The notes under the pieces: model-generated | The model's input: only the letters and a program-made list of their open reading frames with translations | Databases searched by the model: none | Told to the model about the DNA's origin: nothing | Shown here: one piece after another, positions 1 to 9,913 of the stretch | Position numbering within the stretch: the first letter of the stretch is position 1 | Layout of the letters: every line of letters begins with the position of its first letter | Assembly: GCA_041288045.1 (NCBI GenBank) | Contig: JBGGMM010000152.1 | Location: 1-22,525, forward strand | DNA: 22,525 nt | DNA from: Pseudobdellovibrionaceae bacterium | GTDB lineage: Bacteria; Bdellovibrionota; Bdellovibrionia; Bdellovibrionales; Bdellovibrionaceae | Direction: 5' to 3' | Program-made: the position numbers and the translations under genes

Positions 1-2
1 AA

Positions 3-1241
3 AATAAATTTTCAAAAATGATGGAAGTTGAAATCGCAGTGGCGCGTGTGCAAGCGGGAATGGGGATCATTCCCAGAGCTGCAGCTCAAGCGATTGCAGG
101 GAAAAGCAAATTTTCAGTCAAACGAATTTTGGAAATCGAAAGAGAAACCAAACATGATGTGATCGCTTTTGTTTCAAACATGGCGGAGAATGTCGGTGAG
201 TACGGGCGTTTCGTGCATTTTGGTCTGACAAGCTCTGATGTTTTGGATACAGCTTTTAGTCTGCAAGTGCGTGAAGCTGGTGAAGTCTTAGGAAAGAGTC
301 TTGATTTTCTGGAAAAATCTTTAAAAAACCTCATTCGCCGGCATCAGGACACTCTCTGTGCGGGCCGAACTCACGGAATGTTTGCAGAACCGACGACTTT
401 CGGCTTGAAGATGGCGGGATTTCTGGCGGAACTGAACCGAAACAGAGAGCGAATTGAAAGAGCTCTCGAGCAAATGCAAATTGCCAAACTCAGCGGCGCA
501 GTTGGCACTTATTCCAGTCAGTCTCCATCCGTTGAAGCCAAAGTGGCGAAAGCCCTCAAGCTTCAGCCTGAAGTTGTCGCTACTCAAGTCGTTCCCAGGG
601 ATCGACATGCGGAAATGCTGCTGTCTTTAGCGCTTTTGGGAACAGGTCTTGAAAGATTGGCCATCGAGCTCCGCCATCTTCAGCGCAGCGAAGTGGCAGA
701 AGTCACCGAAGGATTCACCCGAGGACAAAAAGGCTCCTCGGCGATGCCGCATAAGAAAAATCCGATTTCGGCTGAAAATATCACCGGAGCTTCAAGGCTC
801 CTTCGTTCCTACGCACACGCCTCTTTGGAAAACGTGGCGCTTTGGCACGAGCGCGATATCAGTCATTCGTCAGTGGAAAGAGTGGTTTTTCCCGACAGTT
901 TTATTCTTGCTGATTATGCTGTTTATCGAATGGCGGTTTTAGTGGAAGGCTTGGATGTGCACAAAAAGAAAATGCTGGAGAATATCGAGCTCTCCCAAGG
1001 CCAGCTTTTCAGCTCACAAGTGCTCTTGGCTCTGGTTGAAAAAGGACTGGAAAGAGAGCTTGCCTATTTTCATGTGCAAAGGCTTTGTCACTCTTTGGGA
1101 AAAGGCGATCATTTAAAAGATCGAATCCTCAAGGATCCAGAATTAAAAAGGCTTTTGAAGCCAAAAGAAGTGGCTGAAATCTTTAAAGGCAGCAGAAATA
1201 AAAAAGCAGTGAAAGAGATTTTAAAAAGGGTGCTCTCATGA
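3..1241 (+). CDS. purB: Adenylosuccinate lyase (5'-partial; frame open from window edge)
   Basis: Fumarate-lyase signature GSSAMPHKKNP, plus HFGLTSSD, GRTHG, GAVGT and LWHERDISHSSVER. No stop upstream of position 18 in this frame, so the true start lies left of the window. Confidence 0.97.
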   Translation, partial: NKFSKMMEVEIAVARVQAGMGIIPRAAAQAIAGKSKFSVKRILEIERETKHDVIAFVSNMAENVGEYGRFVHFGLTSSDVLDTAFSLQVREAGEVLGKSLDFLEKSLKNLIRRHQDTLCAGRTHGMFAEPTTFGLKMAGFLAELNRNRERIERALEQMQIAKLSGAVGTYSSQSPSVEAKVAKALKLQPEVVATQVVPRDRHAEMLLSLALLGTGLERLAIELRHLQRSEVAEVTEGFTRGQKGSSAMPHKKNPISAENITGASRLLRSYAHASLENVALWHERDISHSSVERVVFPDSFILADYAVYRMAVLVEGLDVHKKKMLENIELSQGQLFSSQVLLALVEKGLERELAYFHVQRLCHSLGKGDHLKDRILKDPELKRLLKPKEVAEIFKGSRNKKAVKEILKRVLS

Positions 1242-1957
1242 AAGGCGATCTACTTTACGAAGGAAAAGCCAAGAAAATCTATTCGATTCCAGGCAATCAT
1301 CACGATGTTTTGGTCGAATATAAAAACAGCCTGACAGCTTTCAACGCTCTGAAAAAAGGTGAATTTGAAGGCAAAGGGCAAATCAACCGGGAAATCACGT
1401 CTTTGATTTTTCAGTATTTGAAAAAAAATGGCGTGGCTTCGCACTGGCTTCGCGACGTAGGGCCGACGGAAATGGTAGTTGAAAAAGTCAACATCATCCC
1501 GCTTGAAGTTGTCGTGAGGAATATCCTGGCGGGCTCAACAGCTAAGAAATTAGGAATTGAAGAGGGAAAGAAACTGCGAAAACCATTGGTTGAATTCTAT
1601 TACAAGAATGATGCTTTGGCAGATCCTTTTTTAAGTGATGACCAGGTTCTCATGCTTGAGATTAGCAGTGAGCAAGAAATCAAGGAGCTCAAGGCCAAAG
1701 CTCTGCAAATCAATGAACTGATGCGAGATGTGTTTCGCCAGGCCGGGATTGAGCTGGTCGATTTTAAAATTGAATTTGGCAAAAACCTGAAGGGCGAAAT
1801 CATTTTGGCTGATGAGATTTCACCGGATTCTTGCCGGCTCTGGGATCTGAAAACCCAAGAAAAATTGGATAAGGATCGCTTTCGCCGCGATCTTGGAAAT
1901 ATCAAGGAAAGTTACGAAGAAGTTTTAAAAAGATTGAAAGAGGTGATTCATGGCTGA
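1238..1957 (+). CDS. purC: SAICAR synthetase
   Basis: LYEGKAK, IPLEVVVRN, LVDFKIEFG, LADEISPDSCRLWD, DKDRFR. ATGA overlap with the purB stop. Confidence 0.97.
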   Translation: MKGDLLYEGKAKKIYSIPGNHHDVLVEYKNSLTAFNALKKGEFEGKGQINREITSLIFQYLKKNGVASHWLRDVGPTEMVVEKVNIIPLEVVVRNILAGSTAKKLGIEEGKKLRKPLVEFYYKNDALADPFLSDDQVLMLEISSEQEIKELKAKALQINELMRDVFRQAGIELVDFKIEFGKNLKGEIILADEISPDSCRLWDLKTQEKLDKDRFRRDLGNIKESYEEVLKRLKEVIHG

Positions 1958-2195
1958 GCGAACAAGAATCGGAGTGAAAATCATGCCCCGAGAAGTGATT
2001 CTCGATACTCAAGGCCGAGCGATTGAACAGACTTTGAAGCTCAATGGACTTCCAGAGGCCAGCTGTCGAGTGGGTCGTTTTGTCGAATTGGATCTGCAGG
2101 TTTCGTCTGAAAAAGCCAAAGTTCAAGCTGAAGAAATTGCTAATAAGCTTCTTTGCAATCCATTGATAGAAACTTTTGAAATCAAGGAACTTTGA
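1950..2195 (+). CDS. purS: FGAM synthase subunit PurS
   Basis: 81 aa with LDTQG and LLCNPLIE motifs; lies between purC and purQ; GAGGTG Shine-Dalgarno upstream. Confidence 0.93.
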   Translation: MAERTRIGVKIMPREVILDTQGRAIEQTLKLNGLPEASCRVGRFVELDLQVSSEKAKVQAEEIANKLLCNPLIETFEIKEL

Positions 2196-2197
2196 AG

Positions 2198-2839
2198 ATG
2201 ACCAAAGTGGGTGTTTTAAGATTTCCAGGAACCAATTGTGACCGGGATGTATTTTCCTGGGTGGAAGCGCGAGGCTTTGAAGCTGAGTACCTCTGGCACT
2301 TGGATCTTTTTGAAGAAAAAAAATATGACCTTCTGGTTGTTCCCGGGGGCTTTAGTTACGGGGATTACTTGCGATCCGGGGCGCTGGCGGCCCTTTCCCC
2401 AGCGATGAAATCGCTTCGTCGTTTTGCTTCAGCCGGTGGACCTGTGCTGGGAATTTGCAATGGATTTCAAATTCTTTGTGAATCTCATCTTTTGCCCGGT
2501 GCTTTGGTGAAAAATGAAGGGCGAAGGTTCGTCGATGATTGGTCTGAGCTCGAAGTGGTGAATGAAAATTCAAAATTTGGTGCTCAATTTAAAAAAGGAC
2601 AACATTTGAAACTTCCGATCGCTCATGGCGATGGACGTTTTTATGCCCCAGCTGATGAGCTAAAAAAAATCTATGATCAAAACCAAGTCTGGCTCAGGTA
2701 TGTAAATAATCACAACGGCAGCCTGGGTGGAATTGCCGGAATCATGAATGAAAAGAAAAATGTGGCCGCTTTGATGCCTCATCCTGAAAGAGCGATTTAT
2801 CCTTGGATGGGTGGACAAGATGGTTGGGGGTTTTTATGA
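2198..2839 (+). CDS. purQ: FGAM synthase glutaminase subunit PurQ
   Basis: FPGTNCD, PGGFSYGDYLR, GICNGFQ (catalytic Cys), MPHPER (His/Glu). ATG 2198 preferred over TTG 2192 for spacing to AAGGA at 2184-2188. Confidence 0.96.
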   Translation: MTKVGVLRFPGTNCDRDVFSWVEARGFEAEYLWHLDLFEEKKYDLLVVPGGFSYGDYLRSGALAALSPAMKSLRRFASAGGPVLGICNGFQILCESHLLPGALVKNEGRRFVDDWSELEVVNENSKFGAQFKKGQHLKLPIAHGDGRFYAPADELKKIYDQNQVWLRYVNNHNGSLGGIAGIMNEKKNVAALMPHPERAIYPWMGGQDGWGFL

Positions 2840-5013
2840 GTCTGGATTTTCAACAAAAGCTCAAGCACTACCGCATTTCAGAATCCGAATATCAGAAAAT
2901 CTGTGAACTTTTAGGGCGCGAGCCCAGATCCGTCGAGTGGGCTCTTTTTTCAGCGCTCTGGAGCGAGCACTGCAGTTACAAAAGCTCAAGAGCGCACTTG
3001 AAAAAATTCGCTCAGACTATCAATCCAACAGTGCTCAATGCCGCAGGGGAAAATGCCGGCGTGGTGGATTTGGGATTTGGTGAAAGAATTGCTTTTAAAA
3101 TGGAATCCCACAATCACCCCAGCTTTATAGAGCCCTATCAGGGAGCTGCGACGGGAGTGGGAGGAATTCTTCGGGATATTTTTACCATGGGCGCCAGGCC
3201 CGTGGCGATTGCTGATTATCTTTGTTTTGGAGAAACGGAAGCAGCTCGAATGCCAGCTTTGATGGATGGTGTGGTTCGGGGAATCAGCGGCTATGGAAAT
3301 TGTGTCGGAGTTCCGACAGTCACGGGACAGACAAATTTTGATTCGTCTTACAATCAAAATATTTTAGTCAATGCCATGGCAGTGGGACTTTTTAGGCCCA
3401 ATGATCGAATTGCGCTCTCAAGCGCCAAAGGTGTTGGAAATCTCGTTGTCTACGTGGGCGCAAAAACCGGCAAAGACGGAGTGCATGGAGCCGCCATGGC
3501 CTCAGAATCTTTTGATGAAAATTCAGAAGCGAAAAAGCCCAATGTGCAAATTGGTGATCCCTATTTTGAAAAGCTTTTGATCGAGTCCTGTTTGCAAGTC
3601 ATTCAAGAGGGACTTGTGGTGAGTATTCAGGACATGGGAGCTGCCGGGTTGACAAGCTCCAGTTTTGAAATGGCCTCAAAAGGACAAGTGGGCCTGGATC
3701 TGCATTTGGATCAGGTCCCGCTTCGAGACTCCAGCATGACGCCTGAAGAGATTCTTCTTTCTGAATCCCAGGAAAGAATGTTGCTGATCTGTGAACCTTC
3801 AAAGCTGGAAAAGATCAAAGCCCACTTCTCCCGCTGGGGTTTGGATGCAAGCCCGATCGGGACTGTCCAATCTGAGCGACGGGTTCGGCTTTATTGGAAA
3901 ACGGAGCTTCTCACAGAACTGGATCCGGATCTTTTGGTTGAAAATGCTCCGATTTATCAAAGAGAGTTCAAGGCTTGGAGTTTCCCAAGAAAAAAAGAAA
4001 AAATCCAAAAAGTGAAAAGCAAGAATCTGCCGAATCATTTGATGGAGGCTTTGGAATCATCGGATCATGCCAGTCGAAAGCCCATTTACCGTCAGTATGA
4101 TCAGCGCGTGGGAGCCATGACAGCGCAAGGTTCTGATCATGATTTGGCGATTTTGCGTCTTCCCGATTCGGGGCGGGGTTTGGCTGTGGCCGTGGGCTGC
4201 CGGCCTTCGCTGATGAAAGTAGATGCCTATCTCGGAGCTTTGGATGCAGTGATTTACCCGAGCCTGCAAATGGCTGTGAAAGGCGCTAAAGCCTGTGCGG
4301 TGACAGATTGTTTGAATTTTGGAAATCCTGAAAAGCCGGAAATTATGTCAGAATTCGTGGCCTCGGTTGAAGCGATCACCGAAGCTTCCAAAATTTTGCA
4401 TGCTCCTGTGATCAGTGGTAACGTCAGTTTTTACAATGAAACAAAGGGCGTGAATATCACATCCACTCCGGCAACAGGCTTGATTGGAATTCGCCAAGAT
4501 GTCGAGAGAATTCCCTCGGATCTTTTTGAAAATGAAGGCGACAGTGTTTTCTGTCTTTCTTTTCAAGCGGTTCAAGTGGGTCTCAGCGAGCGAGAATTCA
4601 GCGGGCAATTGAATTTGGAAAAAGTCGCTGGGTTTCAGAAAGTGCTGATGAGCCTTGGCTCCAGTGGATTATTGAAAGCTTCTCAGATGGTGGGATTTGG
4701 TGGTCTGGGCCTAGCACTTGCGAAGATGAGTCTGAAGGGTGTTGGCTTTGAATCCGATCTTTCCTGGAGTGAGGATGATTGGTCAGAAGATCAGCTCTAT
4801 CGAGCCCTGCTGGTCACAGACCGGGTCCAGGACTTTGAGCTTCTTCTTGAGAGAGAGCTGCAAGCTGCCGGAATCGAAGAGGATTGTGAATTTCATGAAT
4901 TGGGTCTGACAGGTGGTTCGCAATTGAAATTAGGATCCTGGGTTCAAATTTCAGTTGAGCATTTAAAGTCCCAACACCAAAACGGGTTGAAGAACTATTT
5001 TGAAGGCGTGTAA
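2836..5013 (+). CDS. purL: FGAM synthase subunit PurL (small type)
   Basis: WSEHCSYKSS, KMESHNHPS, GAATGVGGILRD, QDMGAAGL, SESQERM, DCLNFGNP, SGNVSFYN. Start set at ATG 2836 (ATGA overlap with the purQ stop). Confidence 0.97.
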   Translation: MSLDFQQKLKHYRISESEYQKICELLGREPRSVEWALFSALWSEHCSYKSSRAHLKKFAQTINPTVLNAAGENAGVVDLGFGERIAFKMESHNHPSFIEPYQGAATGVGGILRDIFTMGARPVAIADYLCFGETEAARMPALMDGVVRGISGYGNCVGVPTVTGQTNFDSSYNQNILVNAMAVGLFRPNDRIALSSAKGVGNLVVYVGAKTGKDGVHGAAMASESFDENSEAKKPNVQIGDPYFEKLLIESCLQVIQEGLVVSIQDMGAAGLTSSSFEMASKGQVGLDLHLDQVPLRDSSMTPEEILLSESQERMLLICEPSKLEKIKAHFSRWGLDASPIGTVQSERRVRLYWKTELLTELDPDLLVENAPIYQREFKAWSFPRKKEKIQKVKSKNLPNHLMEALESSDHASRKPIYRQYDQRVGAMTAQGSDHDLAILRLPDSGRGLAVAVGCRPSLMKVDAYLGALDAVIYPSLQMAVKGAKACAVTDCLNFGNPEKPEIMSEFVASVEAITEASKILHAPVISGNVSFYNETKGVNITSTPATGLIGIRQDVERIPSDLFENEGDSVFCLSFQAVQVGLSEREFSGQLNLEKVAGFQKVLMSLGSSGLLKASQMVGFGGLGLALAKMSLKGVGFESDLSWSEDDWSEDQLYRALLVTDRVQDFELLLERELQAAGIEEDCEFHELGLTGGSQLKLGSWVQISVEHLKSQHQNGLKNYFEGV

Positions 5014-5016
5014 ACA

Positions 5017-6402
5017 ATGATGTGGAAAGAAGAGTGCGGAGTTTTTGGCATTTGGAATCATGAGGAAGCCTCAAGGCTTGCCTATCTGGGGCTCTATGCC
5101 ATGCAACACCGAGGACAAGAGTCGGCAGGGATCACTTCGGTGGACGGATCTTCGCACCTTCATCACAAGGGTCTTGGGCTTGTTGGTGATGTCTTTCAAG
5201 AAGAGGATCTGCAGCGTCTTTCTGGCCGAGTGGCCATGGGTCATGTGCGCTATTCCACAACCGGACAAAACCTTTTGCAAAATGCCCAGCCGCTGACGGC
5301 GAATCTTCTCTCGGGTCCCATTGCGGTCGCCCACAATGGAAATATTGTGAACACGGAATCCTTGAAAAAGGATCTGCAAGGCAAGGGATCTATTTTTCAA
5401 GGCACGAATGATACGGAAATTCTTCTGCATCTGATTTCGCGCCATCACAGCTGGAATGTGATCGAGTGCTTGAAAGAATCACTGTCGCAATTGGTGGGCG
5501 CATACAGTTTTGTCGTGGCCGCTCAGGGTAAAATGATTGCGATTCGGGATCCGCATGGATTTCGTCCTTTGATTCTTGGGAAAAAACAAAATGACCGCGG
5601 TGAGTGGGCTCAAATCATCGCCAGTGAAAGTTGTGCTTTGGATTTGATCGGCGCACAGTTTGTGCGGGAGATTGAACCTGGTGAAATGTACTGGCTGGAT
5701 GAAAATGGAGAGCACTCCGACAGATTCGCGGCTCCAGTGCAGCCTTCACGCTGTATTTTTGAGCATGTTTATTTTTCGCGCCCTGATTCGGTGGTGTTTG
5801 GCCATTCGGTTTATGATTCAAGAAAACAATTCGGAAAGTGGCTCGCCAAAGAAACCTCTGTGGATGCCGATGTTGTGATTCCAGTTCCGGATGGAGGAGT
5901 TCCGGCGGCTCTGGGTTACAGCTCTGAAAGTAAAATCCCCTTTGAATTTGGTATCATCCGAAATCACTATGTGGGCCGGACCTTCATTCAGCCTCAGCAG
6001 AGCATCCGAAGTTTCGGAGTCAAAATTAAGTTAAATCCGCAAACGGCTGTTTTGGCTGGCAAAAGAGTGGTGGTGGTAGACGACTCTTTAGTTCGCGGAA
6101 CCACCAGTCAAAAGATCATTGCTTTGGTCCGGCAGGCAGGTGCTAAGGAAGTGCATTTGAGAATCGCCAGCCCGCCAACCATTGGGCCTTGCTATTATGG
6201 TGTTGATACCGCGCAAAAAGTGCAGCTCATCGCCGCTCAGCAGAGTCTTGAGGAAATTCGAAAATTTGTCGGTGCCGACACTTTGGCTTATTTGTCTTTG
6301 GAAGGGCTTTTTGCGGCCTTGGGCGAAAAGCCGGAACCCAATAAAAAAACTTTCTGTGCAGCTTGCTTCGATGCTCAATATCCGACACCCTTGAATTTAT
6401 GA
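5017..6402 (+). CDS. purF: Amidophosphoribosyltransferase, Fe-S/propeptide type
   Basis: EECGVFG (N-terminal nucleophile Cys after a short propeptide), QHRGQE, GHVRYST, HNGN, VVDDSLVRGTT. Four Cys (RCIFE, GPCYYG, CAAC) match the 4Fe-4S ligand pattern of Bacillus-type PurF. Confidence 0.97.
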   Translation: MMWKEECGVFGIWNHEEASRLAYLGLYAMQHRGQESAGITSVDGSSHLHHKGLGLVGDVFQEEDLQRLSGRVAMGHVRYSTTGQNLLQNAQPLTANLLSGPIAVAHNGNIVNTESLKKDLQGKGSIFQGTNDTEILLHLISRHHSWNVIECLKESLSQLVGAYSFVVAAQGKMIAIRDPHGFRPLILGKKQNDRGEWAQIIASESCALDLIGAQFVREIEPGEMYWLDENGEHSDRFAAPVQPSRCIFEHVYFSRPDSVVFGHSVYDSRKQFGKWLAKETSVDADVVIPVPDGGVPAALGYSSESKIPFEFGIIRNHYVGRTFIQPQQSIRSFGVKIKLNPQTAVLAGKRVVVVDDSLVRGTTSQKIIALVRQAGAKEVHLRIASPPTIGPCYYGVDTAQKVQLIAAQQSLEEIRKFVGADTLAYLSLEGLFAALGEKPEPNKKTFCAACFDAQYPTPLNL

Positions 6403-7343
6403 CATTCAAAAAAATTTCAGCTCTCAAACCCGGCGATCTGGTGGATGTGGTTTCCCCAGGTTCCGGATCCAGGTTTGAGGACGTGCAGCTCTGTGTGGAA
6501 CTTTTAGAAAGCTGGGGATTGAAAGTCCGCCTTCCGAAAGAGACTTTTTCTGAACATCCTTTTCATTCCAACGAAGACGCAGTTCGTTTGAAACTTTTAA
6601 AAAAAGCTCTCATGGCCAAGGATTCCAAAGCCATTTGGTGTCTGCGTGGGGGCTATGGCTCCAATCGACTCTTGCCAGAAATGTGGAAATGGAAAGCTCC
6701 GGCCCAGGCAAAAATGCTAATCGGCTATAGTGATATCACTTCTTTGCATCTTTTTTTAAATCAAAAATGGAAGTGGCCGAGCTTTCATGGGCCGCTTTTA
6801 GAGTCTCTCATTTCTGGACGCCTCTCTTTGCAACAGCAGCAGGAAGCTCGTGAAGTTCTCTTTGGTGAAAAACGAGATATGAAATTTTCATTAAAGCCGC
6901 TGAATTCAAGAGCAAAGAAAATCAAGTCTCTGAAAGCATCACTTTCAGGTGGAAATTTGGTTGTGATTGAAAGCGCTCTTGGGACCCCCTATAATGGAAA
7001 CTTCCAAGGGAAAATTCTTTTTCTTGAAGAAGTGGGTGAGCGCGGTTACCGAATCGATCGAATGCTGGAGCACCTTCGGCAATCAGGAAGTTTGAAAGCA
7101 TGCAAAGCTCTGGTCTTCGGAGATTTTTTATATGGTGATGAGCGAGACGGGAAAAATTTTGTGAGCTATGCGATTGAGCGATTTGCGCAGCTGAATCTTC
7201 TGCCCTGTTTTTCAGGGCTTGCAACAGGCCATGGAGAGCAGAATCGAATGATTCCCTTAGGTCCAAAAGCGATTTTAAGTAGCGAGGAGCTCTTAGTTCC
7301 GACCGGTCTTTTTCAAGAGTCGCAAAAAGGAAAAAGGCGATGA
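6399..7343 (+). CDS. ldcA: LD-carboxypeptidase (peptidase S66, LdcA-like)
   Basis: RGGYG, GYSDIT (Ser), GGNL, LEEVGE..YRIDRML (Glu), GHG (His). Start set at ATG 6399 (ATGA overlap with the purF stop). Confidence 0.9.
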   Translation: MTFKKISALKPGDLVDVVSPGSGSRFEDVQLCVELLESWGLKVRLPKETFSEHPFHSNEDAVRLKLLKKALMAKDSKAIWCLRGGYGSNRLLPEMWKWKAPAQAKMLIGYSDITSLHLFLNQKWKWPSFHGPLLESLISGRLSLQQQQEAREVLFGEKRDMKFSLKPLNSRAKKIKSLKASLSGGNLVVIESALGTPYNGNFQGKILFLEEVGERGYRIDRMLEHLRQSGSLKACKALVFGDFLYGDERDGKNFVSYAIERFAQLNLLPCFSGLATGHGEQNRMIPLGPKAILSSEELLVPTGLFQESQKGKRR

Positions 7344-8395
7344 GTCTTTCTTCTTTTGAAAAAAAATTAAAAAAACAAATTGAAGCCGTGCTCGCACCTG
7401 CCAGCCCTGGACTCCAAGTTCAAGTTCATCAGACGGGCAAGAAAGTCTGTGATCTCGCGGTTGGTGAAACCTATGCTTATTATGATTTTGCCAGTCTCAC
7501 CAAAGTGGTTTTTACAGTTCAGGCCATGATGAAGGCTTATGATGAGGGTCGTTGGAATCTGAAAAGCAAAGTGAAAGAATTCTGTCCTTGGTTTGCTCAT
7601 GACGAAGTCACAGTTGCTCAGTGTCTCACTCACAGTACTGGGCTGACTTGGTGGATGCCGCTTTACCAGCAATTGGATCTTTCCACCTCTTCTTTGAATC
7701 GTTGGACCGAAGGAGCTAGGATTCTGCGCAGCTTGCCGCTGCAAAAATCGGAAGCCAGTGTTTATTCGGATCTTGGGTTCATTCTCTTGGGGCATGTTTT
7801 GGAAAGCCTTTACGCTTTGCCCTTGATTGAAGTTTGGGAAAGACTGAAAGCGGACATTTATCCACGCAGCACTTTGGAATTTCATCGTGACAATCAGCCC
7901 GTTCATTCCAGCCGCTACTATGCCCCAACAGAAAGATGCCGTTGGCGACAGAAAACCATTCAAGGCGAAGTGCATGATGACAACACTTGGGCTTTTGGCG
8001 GGGTGTCCACGCATGCGGGACTCTTTGGTAGTATTGATGATTTAGGTTGGTTTGCCTTGTACTTGCGAACGCAAATGAAAGGTTTTTCGAAACTTTCAAT
8101 CAAATCCAAAACAGCCCAGCTTTTTGCCTCTCGGGCCAGGCCCCAGGGAAAAGGGGATTGGGCCTTGGGCTATATGATGCCCACTCCTGGTGGCTCGAGC
8201 AGTGGAAATTATTTTTCTCCGGATTCCATTGGTCATACTGGCTTTACGGGAACTTCGATTTGGTATGATCCAAGCCGTGACCTCAGCGTTTCGATTCTCA
8301 GCAATCGTGTTTTCTACGGTCGCGAAAACAAAGAGTTTGCCTCTCTTCGTCCCCAGATCCACAATTGGATTATTGAAGGATTGAAGAGGGTATAG
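7340..8395 (+). CDS. Serine hydrolase, beta-lactamase/PBP-like fold (AmiE/YbbE-like)
   Basis: SxxK (ASLTK), LTHSTG, YSDLGF, GEVHDDN..GG..HAGLF, GHTGFTGT. No evident signal peptide. Confidence 0.85.
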   Translation: MSLSSFEKKLKKQIEAVLAPASPGLQVQVHQTGKKVCDLAVGETYAYYDFASLTKVVFTVQAMMKAYDEGRWNLKSKVKEFCPWFAHDEVTVAQCLTHSTGLTWWMPLYQQLDLSTSSLNRWTEGARILRSLPLQKSEASVYSDLGFILLGHVLESLYALPLIEVWERLKADIYPRSTLEFHRDNQPVHSSRYYAPTERCRWRQKTIQGEVHDDNTWAFGGVSTHAGLFGSIDDLGWFALYLRTQMKGFSKLSIKSKTAQLFASRARPQGKGDWALGYMMPTPGGSSSGNYFSPDSIGHTGFTGTSIWYDPSRDLSVSILSNRVFYGRENKEFASLRPQIHNWIIEGLKRV

Positions 8396-9826
8396 ATGTC
8401 ACAAGCAACGACAATTGATGTGAAACCGGGTGGTCGTATCCACTTGATGGGAATTTGTGGAACAGCCATGGCCAGTCTCGCCGGGCTTTTGAAGGACCGC
8501 GGATATCAAATCACCGGCAGCGATCAAAACCCCTATCCCCCCATGTCCACTCAGTTGGAAGCTCTCGGTATTTCCATCATGAAGGGATACAAAAAAGAAA
8601 ATTTGCATCCTCAACCTGATTTTGTCATCGTCGGCAATGTCATTTCAGCCAACAACGAAGAAGCTCAAGAGCTTGTCAAGCTCGACATTCCCTATACCTC
8701 CCTCCCGCAAGCCATGGGAGAATTTATCATTGCCGATCGGGAAAGTGTTTGCATCAGCGGGACTCATGGAAAAACAACCACAACAGCAATGATGGCCTGG
8801 GTGGCTGAGAGCCTGGAAAAGGAACCCGGTTTTATGATTGGGGGAATCCCAAAAAATTTCTCACGCAGTTTTCAAAACGGAAAGGGCAAATATTTTATCA
8901 TTGAAGGGGATGAATACGACACGGCTTATTTTGATAAAGTCCCGAAATTCATTCACTACAAGCCACGACATGTGATTTTCACAAGCTGTGAATTTGATCA
9001 CGCCGACATTTACGCCGATTTAAAGGCTGTGAAGTCTGCTTTTTCTAGACTTCTTCAGTTGATTCCCACTGAGGGAACTTTGCTCGCCTATGCAGAAGAA
9101 AAAAATGTCATGGAGCTTTTGCCGCAATCTCGAGCGAAGAAAACTTTCACTTATGGAAAGAGTCAGGGCGATTATCAATTTCAAACTTTGAAAGTGACAG
9201 ATGCTGGCACCCTTTTTTCAGTGAGCTTTAAAAATGAAAAACTGGGAGAATTTCAAATTTCCCTGACAGGGGACTACAATATTTTAAACACTCTCGCTGT
9301 CGTCGGGCTTTGCCATCAATTGGGCTGGGATTTGAAAGCTGTGCAAAGGGCCCTCTCCACTTTTGAGGGCGTGAAAAGACGACAAGAAGTTCTCGGCGAA
9401 CCACGGGGAATTTTAGTGGTCGAGGATTTTGCTCATCATCCAACAGCTGTGCGAGAGACGGTGAAGGGGATCAAAGCAAAATATCCAGGACGCAAACTTT
9501 TTGCGGTTTTTGAGCCTCGATCGGCGACTTCGCGGCGGAAGGTCTTTCAAAAAGATTATGTCGAAGCCTTTCAAGAATGCGATGAGACTTTGCTTGCAAG
9601 GGCCTATGATCAGAGCAAAATTGGCTCAGAAGATCGATTTTCCAGCGAAGAGCTGATTGCTGATTTGAAAAAAACAGGCCGCTCTGCCGAAGTTTATGAT
9701 TCAGTTGATCAGATTGTGACAGATCTGGTGAATAAGTCCAAACCGCAGGATTTGATCCTGATTATGAGCAACGGCGGATTTGACGGAATTTACTCTAAGC
9801 TGATTACTGCTCTTCAGCAAAACTAG
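8396..9826 (+). CDS. mpl: UDP-MurNAc:L-Ala-gamma-D-Glu-mDAP ligase (murein peptide ligase)
   Basis: HLMGICGTAMASLA, GTHGKTTTT, IEGDEYDTAYFDK, DFAHHPTA, FEPRS, MSNGGFDGI; these are Mpl-type rather than MurC-type variants. Confidence 0.92.
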   Translation: MSQATTIDVKPGGRIHLMGICGTAMASLAGLLKDRGYQITGSDQNPYPPMSTQLEALGISIMKGYKKENLHPQPDFVIVGNVISANNEEAQELVKLDIPYTSLPQAMGEFIIADRESVCISGTHGKTTTTAMMAWVAESLEKEPGFMIGGIPKNFSRSFQNGKGKYFIIEGDEYDTAYFDKVPKFIHYKPRHVIFTSCEFDHADIYADLKAVKSAFSRLLQLIPTEGTLLAYAEEKNVMELLPQSRAKKTFTYGKSQGDYQFQTLKVTDAGTLFSVSFKNEKLGEFQISLTGDYNILNTLAVVGLCHQLGWDLKAVQRALSTFEGVKRRQEVLGEPRGILVVEDFAHHPTAVRETVKGIKAKYPGRKLFAVFEPRSATSRRKVFQKDYVEAFQECDETLLARAYDQSKIGSEDRFSSEELIADLKKTGRSAEVYDSVDQIVTDLVNKSKPQDLILIMSNGGFDGIYSKLITALQQN

Positions 9827-9913
9827 GCCTTTGGGCCAGTTGAAGTGAAATCTCGGGCATTCCACGGTTGATTTTCGTTGCATGATTTTTTACCTGAGCG
9901 TGAAAATGGAGAT

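Noticed and set aside
7367..8014. 215-aa antisense ORF and other shadow ORFs inside housekeeping genes
   Set aside because: They fully overlap well-supported genes and show no motifs.
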